Positions 1 through 10,669 of a stretch of 64,000 bases of DNA are shown in pieces. This stretch comes from Fimicolochytrium jonesii (lineage: Eukaryota), in contig NW_026515671.1 of the NCBI RefSeq assembly GCF_025526975.1, positions 1 to 64,000 on the forward strand, read 5' to 3'. Within the stretch, counting starts at the first letter, position 1, and every line of letters starts with the position of its first letter. The position numbers and the translations under genes were made by a program. A model generated the notes under the pieces. The model searched no databases and had not been told where the DNA came from. It worked only from the letters and a program-made list of their open reading frames with translations.

Positions 1-37
1 CCCTAACCCTAACCCTAACCCTAACCCTAACCCCTAA
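1..37. repeat. Telomeric repeat (CCCTAA)5 plus one CCCCTAA variant; chromosome left end
   Basis: The window begins with ccctaa x5 then cccctaa, the TTAGGG-type repeat in the orientation expected at a left end. Confidence 0.95.
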
Positions 38-92
38 CGGCTATCTGCTTTTCTATCTGTTGTCGAACATGGGGGTCGGGGAGTTTCTTCTT

Positions 93-590
93 CTAACACT
101 TGAGCAGTTTTACGATCGTAGCCGAGTTATCAGAGAAGAGACCGGGAAAGCCCGCTGCATTGGCTGCCTGCAGAACCGCATCATCGATTGGACCTAAGTC
201 GTGGCGAACGATGAGAGAAAGGACCAAGCGGATCCAAGACTCGCGACTGCAGGGGGCATTGATGAGAGCACAAAGGAATCCGTCGCAATCGGTCCACAGA
301 TGGCGTTCTGACTGTCCTTGAATATGTTTAAGGTTTCCGAGGAATCCTCTGTCTAGCCATTTTTGGTCATCAACGTCGCAGGCAGCAGTCAGTGCTCGCA
401 AGGTGTCAGCAAACTTGTCTTCGCAATCGTCACAGGTGGCCTTCGAGGCAGCGCTTCGATAAAGAGTTCCATCCGGAACACAGCGTGGACAGTCTTCTTG
501 ACGACGGTTATCTAACCGCAGCATAGGAGTGTTGCATTCCATCCGGAACGGACGGCGTGTGCCATGACAGAGGGAGCATTTTGCATCCAT
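93..590 (-). CDS. Hypothetical 165-aa subtelomeric protein with three CxxC pairs
   Basis: ATG-started ORF with CSLC, CPRC and CDDC in the N-terminal third; no family recognised. Confidence 0.4.
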   Translation of the reverse strand: MDAKCSLCHGTRRPFRMECNTPMLRLDNRRQEDCPRCVPDGTLYRSAASKATCDDCEDKFADTLRALTAACDVDDQKWLDRGFLGNLKHIQGQSERHLWTDCDGFLCALINAPCSRESWIRLVLSLIVRHDLGPIDDAVLQAANAAGFPGLFSDNSATIVKLLKC

Positions 591-1001
591 GCTGATCTTA
601 TCCCTGTTAGATCTGTCTTGTGTGCGTGGGTTCGAAAGCGGATTTTAGAGCCGCCGGAATAGATGATGTCCGGGATAACAGCACAACCTAGTCACACTGG
701 GAAGGGAAGTTATAAGGCATAGAGACTGAGAAACTCCCTTGCGTGCAATGCCAGCTTGGATGGCTGGACGGTGGAGGCGCCTTCCACATCGTTTTGGTTT
801 CTGCGGCAGTGGAAATGGATGGCAAAAATAATGCATATAAACAGCCACGTGTGCGGCGCTTCCCACTTCTTCATCCCATCTACTCGACCAAGCTACCCCT
901 AACCAAAAGGCTATCATATCTTGCGCAACACATATGTACATGCCCCCCCCCCCCTGCCCTCTCCCACCCCCCTCTAACTCATATCTCATACTCTCTACTC
1001 C

Positions 1002-3314
1002 CTACTCCCTAACTTTCAAACTAACCTCCACCCCTCCCGGCGCGCCCTCCACCTCCCTCAAAAACGCCGCAAAACACTCAAACCCGCCCGCATCGGCAAA
1101 GGCCTGCGGTGTCATTTCCAGGTTCAATTTCTTTACTGCCGTTGTCGTTGAATCTGACGCGGGGGGTGATGCTAAAGTGTGTTGTAGAGCTGGTGGTGGT
1201 GGTGGTGGTGGTGGTACGGGGAAGACCGTTGTCAATTGTGACGGTGGGTGTGGCGTATCCCCCCCAAACAAGGCATCAAGGTGTCCCTCCCCATGCACCA
1301 CAACCTCCTGCGCGCCAAGCCCCGGCGCCGGCACACCCTCCTCCTCAACGCGCCGTATCCCCTCCCACACCCCCTCAACCCCAGGGGTCGGTGCCTCAAC
1401 ATCCACCACCTCGCCCAACTCCGCGATCCGTTCACTCGTGGTGGGTCCAATCGAAGCTAACCGTGCATGTTTCCATCCAGGGTGGGTCCGGATGGCTCTG
1501 AGCGCGATGTCGACGCCGGAGGGGCTGAAGAAGACTACCCACGGTCTCTTGTGTTGTGGGGTTGGCGAGGCTGGGAGGGAGGCGAGGTCGGCGTGGAATG
1601 TGGGTGAGGGGGTGGTTTCATACACCGTGAGTTGCTCATACTTTACCCCACCCTCCTCTAACCGTTTCGGCAGCACATCGCTTGCTTTATCCCCGCCCAG
1701 GAAGAGGTACGTTTCCGGTAGGTGCATGTTCCCATTGGCCTTCTCCCAATGCGCGAGCCAGTACGGTGTCGGTTTATGACACCCGGCGTCGACGATCAGG
1801 CCCGCGAGGGTCGCAGCTGTGCCCGTGTCCCACCCGGCGGGCTGGAAGCCTGCGGCGGCAGCAGCGGCGGCGGTGGCTTTGCCGACGCAGTAGAAGGGTT
1901 TGGCGCGCCATTTGGCTTTGAGGTGTTCGGCGCCGCGGCGGACGACGTCGGTGGCGGAGGGAGGGATTGGGAACGCTTTTGTGAGGGGGTGGATTGCGCG
2001 GGCGGAGGTTGCGATGAGGCCGCAGAAGTCGTTGGAGCGGTTCCAGAGGAGGGTGCACAAGGCGGGGAGGTTGACGGTGTCGTTGTGCGACAGTACAGGG
2101 ATAAAGTGAGGTGAGTAGGTTGGAGGTGCAAATGCTGCGGCGTATTCGTCGTCAGATGGGGTGGTATTTGAGGTGGGGGTGGAGTCGTCGTTACGTTGGC
2201 GGAGGAAGAGGATGGGTGTGGGTGTCGATGACGCCTGCACCGTCGTCCGAACAGCCTGATCGTTGTTGACCAGTCCGCTCTCGGTATTTCCCGGCTTTTC
2301 CGCGGTTCTCAGCCCCGTAACCCCCATCGAACTCGCCGCTCCCGCCCCATTCACACCCCCCCTATTTACGTTTACAAGCTTCCCATTGATCGTCCCATTA
2401 ACAGCCGACCGCGACAACGTCGTCGGGGCCGCGATGGTATCTTTCACGCCCGAGGGTACCAGATTGCTGTACGCGGCCAAGAACGCGTCGACAAAGACTT
2501 GGTTGAGGCCTGAGTTGACTGTGATGTCCCGGCCGGGGCGACTGGTGTGGGCGGATGCGTGTATGTTGGTAGCGGGTGCGGTGCTTCGGGTGAGTAAGGT
2601 GGAGAGGGATGCAGCGGGTTTTGTGCCTGCGGAGATTGTCGTGGATTGGTTGGGTTGGGGTGTACTGACATTGGACTGAGTACTTGCTGCTCCTTCATCA
2701 ACCGATTGCACCGAGAATTCCGGGGAGAGCGCCAATTTGCTTCCATTCGTAGACGTCCTTTTCCGTCGTTGCTTGATCTGCGGAATCCCCACCTGCGCCT
2801 CCTCCTGCGACAACACCCGTTTCCTGCCCTTGCCATGTCCCGGCGTCGTGTCCTCCCCCTCCTGCCCCTCATCTTCCTCCTCACTGTCCTCCACCCCCGC
2901 CCCCCTACTCTTCCTCTCCGGGCCCCGTGTCTTCCACTCAATCCTCGACTCCCTCCGTTTCCTCTCAATCACATCCCTCACATTCGCAAATCTGGGGTCC
3001 GTGATCACGTTCAACCCATCCTTCCTGTTCGCCTTCAAATGGCAATTCAGATTCGATAGACATGCTTTGAGCGAGCCGGATTTGTAGCTGGTCCCGTCGA
3101 CCCGTTTGAGGTCGTTGAAGAATGTGCAGAGGTGGTGGTTTAGCTCTGGGATCGGGAGGTCTTCGATGGGGGTTGCGAGAGGCGTTGGGAGGGAGGCTTT
3201 GTAACGGTTGAAGGAGTTGAGCCAGGTTTTCATGGCGATCCTGGAGGCGTTGCTGTTGGTGGTTGAGGTTGGGGTGAGGTCTGGGTCGAGGCCCCAGCTC
3301 GGACTTCGAGGCAT
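1002..3314 (-). CDS. HEM4: Uroporphyrinogen-III synthase (HemD/UROS) with an N-terminal Crypton/DUF3504-associated core-binding-like domain, ~770 aa, no intron evident
   Basis: UROS motifs ILFLR, IPVLSH, GLIATS, YCVGKATA, LFLGGD, VYET, WVVFFSPSG, IGPTT at ~2220-1350. N-terminal ELNHHLCTFFNDLKRVDGTSYKSGSLKACLSNLNCHL..ITDPRF. Likely ATG at 3314 (ttcaaaATG). Confidence 0.85.
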   Translation of the reverse strand: MPRSPSWGLDPDLTPTSTTNSNASRIAMKTWLNSFNRYKASLPTPLATPIEDLPIPELNHHLCTFFNDLKRVDGTSYKSGSLKACLSNLNCHLKANRKDGLNVITDPRFANVRDVIERKRRESRIEWKTRGPERKSRGAGVEDSEEEDEGQEGEDTTPGHGKGRKRVLSQEEAQVGIPQIKQRRKRTSTNGSKLALSPEFSVQSVDEGAASTQSNVSTPQPNQSTTISAGTKPAASLSTLLTRSTAPATNIHASAHTSRPGRDITVNSGLNQVFVDAFLAAYSNLVPSGVKDTIAAPTTLSRSAVNGTINGKLVNVNRGGVNGAGAASSMGVTGLRTAEKPGNTESGLVNNDQAVRTTVQASSTPTPILFLRQRNDDSTPTSNTTPSDDEYAAAFAPPTYSPHFIPVLSHNDTVNLPALCTLLWNRSNDFCGLIATSARAIHPLTKAFPIPPSATDVVRRGAEHLKAKWRAKPFYCVGKATAAAAAAAGFQPAGWDTGTAATLAGLIVDAGCHKPTPYWLAHWEKANGNMHLPETYLFLGGDKASDVLPKRLEEGGVKYEQLTVYETTPSPTFHADLASLPASPTPQHKRPWVVFFSPSGVDIALRAIRTHPGWKHARLASIGPTTSERIAELGEVVDVEAPTPGVEGVWEGIRRVEEEGVPAPGLGAQEVVVHGEGHLDALFGGDTPHPPSQLTTVFPVPPPPPPPPALQHTLASPPASDSTTTAVKKLNLEMTPQAFADAGGFECFAAFLREVEGAPGGVEVSLKVRE

Positions 3315-3486
3315 TTTGAAATGTTCTACACCACCCTGGTCGAGGACAGGGTCGAGGACGAGGACGAAACCTTCTGAGCCTCTTTGCGCCTTTTTGAATT
3401 GCGAGCGGGCGCTTTGCAGGCCGCGTTGGGGCATTTCTCTTTCCACCCGTTCGCCATTCTGCAGGCTTCCCTCAACGACAACAAAC

Positions 3487-4172
3487 ATGTCCGCCGACGC
3501 AACAGTAACCATTGAGACCATAGTCCCCGCCGTCGCAGCCGGCTCTGTGAGGAGCGGCGCCGCGGGCGTCCGTGGCAAGCCAGTCTCAGGTTCGTCCTAT
3601 TTTCGTTCCCGTGTTCTTTCACCAGGTCAAACCGCTTACGGGCCATTCTCATTGCACTTTACAATAGGACGAGTATGGAAGACCACACAGACAAAGAGGC
3701 ACACCTCTATGAAGCCCCGTATGCTTCGGCAAGGTAAGTTCCCAGTGCAACTTCCCAATACCCTTTATGACCAAGAGCTTATGTCTCAGTTTCACAGGCT
3801 GGGGAAAGCAAATAGAGGAGCGCAAGCAACACCAAGTAATGAAAGCTATTGAGAAGGAGCTCAAGGATGAGAAGGCTGCTGAGAGACAGGTATGGAGAAT
3901 GTCGCCAGACCATACACCAGTGGAAACGGGGATTTTCTGATACAAATGTCCTTTGCGAAAACCTGTAGAAACAAAAAGATGCCGAGAAGGAACGTCTGAA
4001 GCGGAAAGAGGAGAATGAGAAGAAGGCTGAGGTCGTGCAGAAGGTATGAACGTCGTACTTTTGCATGCATTGCTTGAGCTGGGGAATGTTGCTAATTGGG
4101 TATGATCAGGTCTCTGCTGCCAAGGTGAAAAGGATGAAGAAGAAGCAGCTTCGTCAGTTGCGTAAGGAGTAG
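3487..4172 (+). CDS. CGR1: rRNA-processing protein Cgr1 (CCDC86 family), 5 exons
   Basis: Spliced reading GKPVSG/RVWK..KAIEKELKDEK..RKEENEKKAEVVQK/VSAAKVKRMKKKQLRQLRKE*; four GT-AG introns keep the frame. Confidence 0.85.
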
Positions 4173-4735
4173 ATGGATGGACCTTAGACAAGGCTTACGA
4201 ATAGAGGAGGTGGAGAATATTGGTGGCAAGCTACTCGGAGGGTTTGGACGATGGGCGGGAGGCGCGGGCGGTAGCTACGTAAACCGCACGATTCTGCTCA
4301 TCTGGCATCACTATCGCACGGAGGAGAACAGATCACGTCGCAGCAGAAACTGGCAGAATGGAGCCAAGGAGAGAGCTGTGTAGCCCAGAACTCAACGAAT
4401 CGGCATAGCTACGTAGATGAAGGCAGGATGTACACGTAGAGGGCATAGTATGCCTTTTGAGCATGTTTTTTGGTCTATTCTTTGTATTTATTTTTTCAAT
4501 TTCGTATGCATGCCCTGTCTAGAATATGAGGGTACTTCATTGATTCCGAACCTCCCTCGGAGTGGCACTGCTAACTTGTGTCTGTCCCTTACTTTTGATG
4601 GCCGCTAAAGGCGGACTCGAGCCCATGTTATTTTGCCTACTATGTAAACTAAATCCCTAACAGCCTTTCGCACGAAATACCGGCCTTCCCCGCGAACTAA
4701 CATGGCGGACAATTTACGAGCGCATTTACCAATTG

Positions 4736-4761
4736 GGGTTAGGCTAGGGTTAGGGTTAGGG
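4736..4761 (+). repeat. Interstitial telomere-like tract GGGTTAGGCTAGGGTTAGGGTTAGGG
   Basis: Seen directly; orientation opposite to the terminal repeat. Confidence 0.8.
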
Positions 4762-5052
4762 AACTTTTTTGACTTGGAATCCCTTACGTATTGCTTAGAG
4801 ATGATAGCTTACAGTATCTCTCAGCGTTTCTTGAGGTCCCCAACATCTCAAATCGAGATTCTACAACCATCTGTCCCAGGTGTCCGAAAGCGAAGTGTCT
4901 CGAGGTTCAACCCAAATTGTGTGTAAACTGTCACACATTTTCTATCAGAACATGCCCTTGTCGTTTGTCTCTGCGCACCCTCGGACCGCTCTTCACACTC
5001 TGCCCCGCACGATCATCATAGTCAACCCATACGGATATTCTCGCTCGACGAC

Positions 5053-6396
5053 ATGAGCATCCCCAGATCACCTTCCACACCTGTCACCGTTGACACAACC
5101 ACCTCGGGTGATCCCACTGTCCCCCTTGATGCCTCTGACAAACTGCCGTCATCCTCGGCATTGTCTCAGGGAGATGTGTCTGTCTCTGTGAAGCGGAAAC
5201 GGGCTCGTCGTCGTACCCCGGAGGAGATGGACGCGGAGAGAACCCGGATGGCAGCCCGGAGGGCCTAGCGAGCGCAGGAGCGGGTGATTGCTACGCAGCG
5301 GGCGGAGGCAGAGAAGGCCAGGAGGATTCAGGAGAGGGCTTTGGCTGCAGAGGAGAAGCGTCGCCAGCAGCAAGAGGCTTTCAATCGAAGGGCGGAGAAA
5401 CGTGCTGCAGCCGCTGCGGCACAACAGGCGGCTGACGAGGAGGCAATCACTGTCCGCCGTCGTCAGACATGGACCACGGAGGAGTCCCTCGCTCTATGCG
5501 AGTTATATCGAGCCGCAAAGGCACACGTTGTCTCGGTCTTCTCCGGCACGACGTTCAATGCGACATATACACAGCAAGTCATTCGGGAATACATAAAGCG
5601 CCAATGGGTGGACCATGAACTTTCGCGGCGGTGGACGGTACGGCAAGCAGAGAATAGATGGCACAATATTCAAAGTCAGTATAAGAAGGCCAAAGACGAG
5701 CTGGCCGAGACAGGCGGAGGTGGGCTGGGCGCGTATAAAGAACGGTTCCCGTGGTGGGATGTCGTTGAAGAAGAGGGTCACGGAACTGCCGCCGTGGTTC
5801 CCTTGTACGTCTTGCAGGGTTCGCGAACTACTGGTGCCTCGGAAGCCGGGCGAGAGGGAGGAGAGGAGGGTGGCAATTACGGTGAGGACGAGAGTCACCC
5901 GCTCGACGCCGATGCAGACACTCATGAGTCGTCCGATGCGGGCTATGCTGGCGCATCTTCTCCTGCGTTGGGTTTGTTTGGTTCGAGACGAGACAGTCAA
6001 ACGTCTTCTCCTGGGTTGGGTTCATTTGGGTCGAGACGAGACAGTCATCAAACGTCTCCTGTTTCGGACACAGCCATGCAGACGCCTCTATCAGTGCGGC
6101 GATCGCCAAGTGTCTTCTCGGCATGTTCCGCTCCCCCAAAATCTTTGCGAGGACTGTCTCGAGCGCGTGAGACCCTGATGCAGACCGAATCTGTCATGGA
6201 AACATTACTCGTCACTGTAGCACGGCTTCAGCAGGAACATTTGGCGAGAATGGAAGAGCGGCGGAGGGAGGATATGGCCATACAGGCAGAGCGGGATGAA
6301 CGGCGCCGGCAAGAGGATATACAGCGGCAGGAGCAGGCAGAACAGCGCCTCCACCAGCTCCTCCTCGCAATCGTGTCCCAAAGACCTTCATCATAG
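5053..6396 (+). pseudogene. Myb/SANT-like (trihelix) DNA-binding protein resembling PIF/Harbinger ORF1; in-frame TAG at 5266-5268
   Basis: WTTEESLALCELY..RWTVRQAENRWHNIQSQYKKAKDEL..TGGG..FPWWDVVEE plus a C-terminal coiled coil. ORFs 5053-5268 and 5284-6396 are in the same frame, separated by one stop. Confidence 0.7.
5957..6060 (+). repeat. ~48-bp imperfect tandem duplication in the Myb ORF (SSPALGLFGSRRDSQT / SSPGLGSFGSRRDSHQT)
   Basis: Direct repeat visible in both DNA and protein. Confidence 0.8.
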
Positions 6397-6983
6397 CATC
6401 TGTCTCGGACGCCGTCTTGGCCTTGGGATCTGCCTTTGCTGTCTCAGGACCTGTCTCCCCCATCTCCCACCGGCTTTTAGCTGTTGTTTTACCATATTGA
6501 GTACCCCACCATATGCAGTTCTAAATCCCCCAATGTACATACATGCGTGATGCTTCACGGACTTGAAAAAAACAACTGTCATATTACTGTCAAACCTTGC
6601 CAACGCCTCTGTCTCCCTGTCTGCACAGTTTTCGACATCTTGTCTCGGACCCGTCTCACTCACAAACTGATAAGACCTTCAGGCAACTCGAATATACACA
6701 GATATATACACTCTCACTCCCACGCACACACCCGCACATATACACCAGCAGAACGATGCCTAAAGCGACAGCTAGTCACCAGTTCCACTCGGCGGTGGAG
6801 TGGGTGGAGGCGAGGGTCGAGATCGATATAATTCCTGCCTCTCTGTCTCCACTATCACTTGACTACACCTTGATTGCTATGTCAGTACCAAAAACTGTAT
6901 AGAGATGTATGGAGGCACCGGGTCCTCTCCCAATCTTGGTGTTTACTTGGTTAACTCGGTACGGCTCGAAAGCTCCAGGCCCA

Positions 6984-7650
6984 CTACAGCCCAACCCCCG
7001 TCCCACTTTTTCCTTCTACCACCTCCACCTCCCTCTGCCTCCTCAACATATCCTTCTTCATCGCCAAAAACGCCGCCATCCCCGGATCCATCCCTCCACC
7101 CGCCGCATCCAGATCAGCATCCACCGCCGTCGCCTCCGCGGCAGCCTGCGCGGCTTCCTGTTCTCTCTCTGATGCTATCAGGAGGTTGCGGCGGCGATTG
7201 CGGATGCGGTGTCGCGTGAGTTGGGAGGCTTCCATGTCGGCTTGGTGGAGGTCCCATACGCCGTGAAGCAGTTTTGAGGTTCGCTGTGATGCAGATGGGG
7301 GACGTAAGGGCATATATGGAAGGCAAAACAAACCAGTTGACACATCCCGACATGCAACAATTATCCGGAGCCGCAGGCGGATGCAGCGCCTTCTCTTCCG
7401 CTTCCAGTTCCTCGGCCGATGACGCTTCCACCAAAGGTAAAGGCGTGGATATTTTTGCCGCCGGCGGCGCCGCACTCAATCAACCGGGCATGAGTGATGG
7501 CGGGGAGGTGTCGGACACTAATGTGGCTGTTGGGGTAGGTGTGGTTTGTGTATGTGTATTCCTGTGCGCTGCTTATGCTTGAGGTTCCCACAACTTCTAC
7601 GCATATCTCACGCACTTGCTTCAACATCAACTCCCAGTATCCCTTATACC
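6984..7650 (-). pseudogene. Oxidoreductase-like domain protein (OXLD1/DPC25 family), apparently disrupted; 5' end uncertain
   Basis: PPAAPDNCCMSGCVNC/VWD..MDPGMAAFL motif. The intron needed for CVWD ends in GG instead of AG (7262-7261), and there is an upstream in-frame TGA at 7482-7480. Confidence 0.6.
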
Positions 7651-8017
7651 TATGGCAGGGATACGACCCATCGTGGTGTAATGACGCACGGTGAGGTTGG
7701 GATCGAACGTCCGTAGGGGCTAGAGGTGGCAGCAGTGACGGTAGGGGGGGTAGGTGAGAGCGGTGATGGCGGAGTTGGGTTCCATAGCCTGGGAGACGCC
7801 AGTGAAGTCGAGCTCATTTCGGGTCAAATTCATCTATAAATGTGTCCCTCGCTGGCTGGCCGCACACCTAGCCGCACACGCTGTACGACAACGTCGGAGA
7901 TCGCGCATTTGCACCCCTCACCTTCATTCATATTTTCTCCTTCTTTTTTGCTTTTTCGGCCAACCGACTCTCCAGAGTCCACACAGGTCGCAGCTTCCTT
8001 CCTACCTACAGTACTAT

Positions 8018-10272
8018 CTACCGTCTCCGATACCCCCCCTCCCTCTCCCTCTCCCCCCTCCCCCTCCATCCCTCATCACCCCGCTGGTCCCTATACCCTC
8101 CATTCCTTCCACCATCACCGCTATTACTCATCCCCCTCCCACGTCGCCCACCTGCACCACCCCTCACATTCTCCCTCCCACCCCTCCCATTCTCCCTCCC
8201 ACCACCCCTCGCACTCCCGCTCCCCCCCTTCTCACCCCACCCCCCTTCCTTTCCCCTCGAATCACTCCCAAAATTACTCAAATCAATCCCCTTGGCTCCA
8301 TTCCGCGGATCCTCAACCGTGTAATCCTCAATCGTCGGTTCATACACGTTTGCTCCCTTGACGTGTTTCGGGAAGACGAGTGTGGTTGACATCCAGTTTT
8401 TCTCGTCGTCTTCTTGTGTCGAGGTGGTGGTGGTGGTGGGATCGGTGAGTGTTGGGCGGCAGGATTCGCAGTTGGTGACAAAGTGGAGGTCGCATTCTTG
8501 TGATTCACTCGATGTCGGCAATGTCGTCGTCGCAGTGTCGTCACCACGGGAAGATCTGTTCTCAACCTTCGCCGACGCCCGTAACGTCTCCTGAAACCTA
8601 CTCAACAAATCCAGCGTATCCCGCTCACCCTCCCCTTTCCCCCGTTTCCGTCGACTAGCGACCGGAACAGCCTTCCCACTCTGCTCATAAGCCGCGCGGA
8701 AGGACTGCAGCAGTTTCTCCTTCTTCGGTTTCTTCTCCCCTGTTGTGTTATGACTGTCCTCGTCTTTCCCGATGGAACGGATCTCGCCGCGGACTTTGGC
8801 GATTTCGCTTTGGAGGGTTTCGAGTTTTGTGGGGTGGGAGGCGGTGCTGGACGTGGTGGTGGAGGTGGGGGCTGCCAGGTCGCGTTTGCGTTTACGGACG
8901 GATTCGCGCATGCGGGTGTCGAAGGCGGCGTCGTCTTCTTCGGCGGGTATGTTCATGCTGGCTCGTAAACTGCTATTCGTCGACGACTTTGTTGATGTTG
9001 GTTGTTTGCCTCCATCGAATGTACTATCTGCGGTAGCCGTCTCGCTCTCCAGCTTTGACGTGTCTACCGCAACCTCCCGACTCAACCGCGGATCGTTCAA
9101 CAGATCATGACTACTTTTCAATTTCGTTTTAGGCGCCGTCGTCACCCCCACCTCGCCCTCACCCTCCTCCTCTCCAAATGACAACAACTTCAAATTTTTC
9201 TTCCCTTTCGGTTTGCGCGCCGCCTCCTCCCTCTTCCGCCGCTCCATCTCCGCCGCGGCCGCAGCAATCTTCTCCTCGGGCGTCGTTCGCAACTCGATAT
9301 CCTCAAACGGGTTATTCAGCACCTCTGCCCTGATAACTTTCGGTGGAAACAGCGGCCGGTCATCCCCATCCGTTTCCAGATCCGCAAACTTGATCAGGTT
9401 GTAGATCGTGTCGCCCACGATCTTTCCAAATAGTGTGTTTTTGCGGTTGAGCTCGTCGGCGCGGTCGAGGGTGAAGAAGAATTGGCTGCTGTTCTCGTTG
9501 ACACCCGTGTTGGCCATGCCTACGATCAAACGAACGGACGGTCAACGAATTATTCAGCCATTGACGAATTGTCCAACCATCATCGACCAGTAACAACCAT
9601 CGACCATCAACCATCAACCATCGAACGTCAACCATGAATCAAGGCAAGGGGTGTATTGCCCCTTTGGCGCAATGTGGTGCTCGCTTCGCTCGCAAAAGAT
9701 CTGAGCCTCGCTGAGGCTCACTAAGAATGTGGTGAGGGGAGTCTTGCGCCTTTGGCGCAATGTAGCTCGCTTCGCTCGTGAGAGCGTTCGCCTCATGGCT
9801 CGCCTGCCTCAAGCATCACTGCGCCGGGCCTCGCTCGCCCGCAGATGACCACCATCGCTCTCCCTCGCGAAAGCCATACCTAGTAACCCACGATGACTAA
9901 AACGCAACCTGGAATGAAACTCATCAACAAACGGCTCGCCATAGATGGACTCCCCGCCGTGGCCCGTTCCTGAAGGGTCACCGCCCTGCACGATAAAGTC
10001 CTTGACAACGCGGTGAAAGATGGTATTGTCGTAGTAGCCCTCCATGCAGAGCTGGATGAAGTTGCGGCATGCCTTGGGGGTTTCTTTTGGCCATAACTAT
10101 TGGATCCGGGGGGGTGGGGAGGTGTGAAAAAGTGTTTGCGAGACGAAAAGGACACATGAGCTCTCCTCAGTTATAAACAAAAGATGCACACCTCAATCTC
10201 GAGCGGCCCTGCGGTGGTATGCAGAATGACCTTGCCGTTTGTAGGCGGGGCGGTGATGTAGGCGTTACTCAT
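8018..10272 (-). CDS. CWC27: Spliceosomal cyclophilin Cwc27, 3 exons
   Basis: MSNAYITAPPTNGKVILHTTAGPLEIE/LWPKETPKACRNFIQLCMEGYYDNTIFHRVVKDFIVQGGDP..DEFHSRLRFSHRGLL/GMAN..SQFFFTL..FGKIVGDTIYNL; KSSHDLLNDPRLS; CDLHFVTNCESC. Confidence 0.95.
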
Positions 10273-10669
10273 GGCGAGCGAGACCGATCACGGAACGGAG
10301 GGGGGGTTGCCGGTGCGTTTCCGAGAGACGAGAGAGATGGGCGACCTTCGAACGAGCGCCAACCACATGCGGTCAGGGCTGTCAGGGAGGCGCGCTGGCC
10401 ATGCTCTCCACCACTTGCCGAGTCCGCCTACCGCCTTCCAATTTCCCCATTTCCCCAAGCAACCACAACCACATTTCTATCAACCCGCACTCTCGTTATT
10501 GTCGTTGTGAGTTTGTAAGAGGTACAGTATGTGGGGAAGATATATCTTTGCGAGGTGAGACAGCGGCTAGGCTATCCCTTACGCACGCAGGTAGGGGTCT
10601 GGCGGCAGGCTACACAGGCTTCTAGTGCCGACACTTCCGACCTGATCGACGAAGCGGGAAAGGGCGAGA

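Noticed and set aside
3315..3578. ORF track extends the HEM4 fusion to 858 aa
   Set aside because: The extension uses a non-ATG start and overlaps CGR1 exon 1 on the other strand; the ATG at 3314 has the better context.
4600..6830. Terminal inverted repeats or a transposase for the Harbinger-like ORF
   Set aside because: No convincing TIR pair or DDE motif was found by eye; only a small hairpin CCACTC/GAGTGG near 6785-6803.
5266..7482. Alternative genetic code or RIP as the explanation for in-frame stops
   Set aside because: TAG and TGA terminate many intact genes here, and there is no AT-rich, transition-saturated tract.
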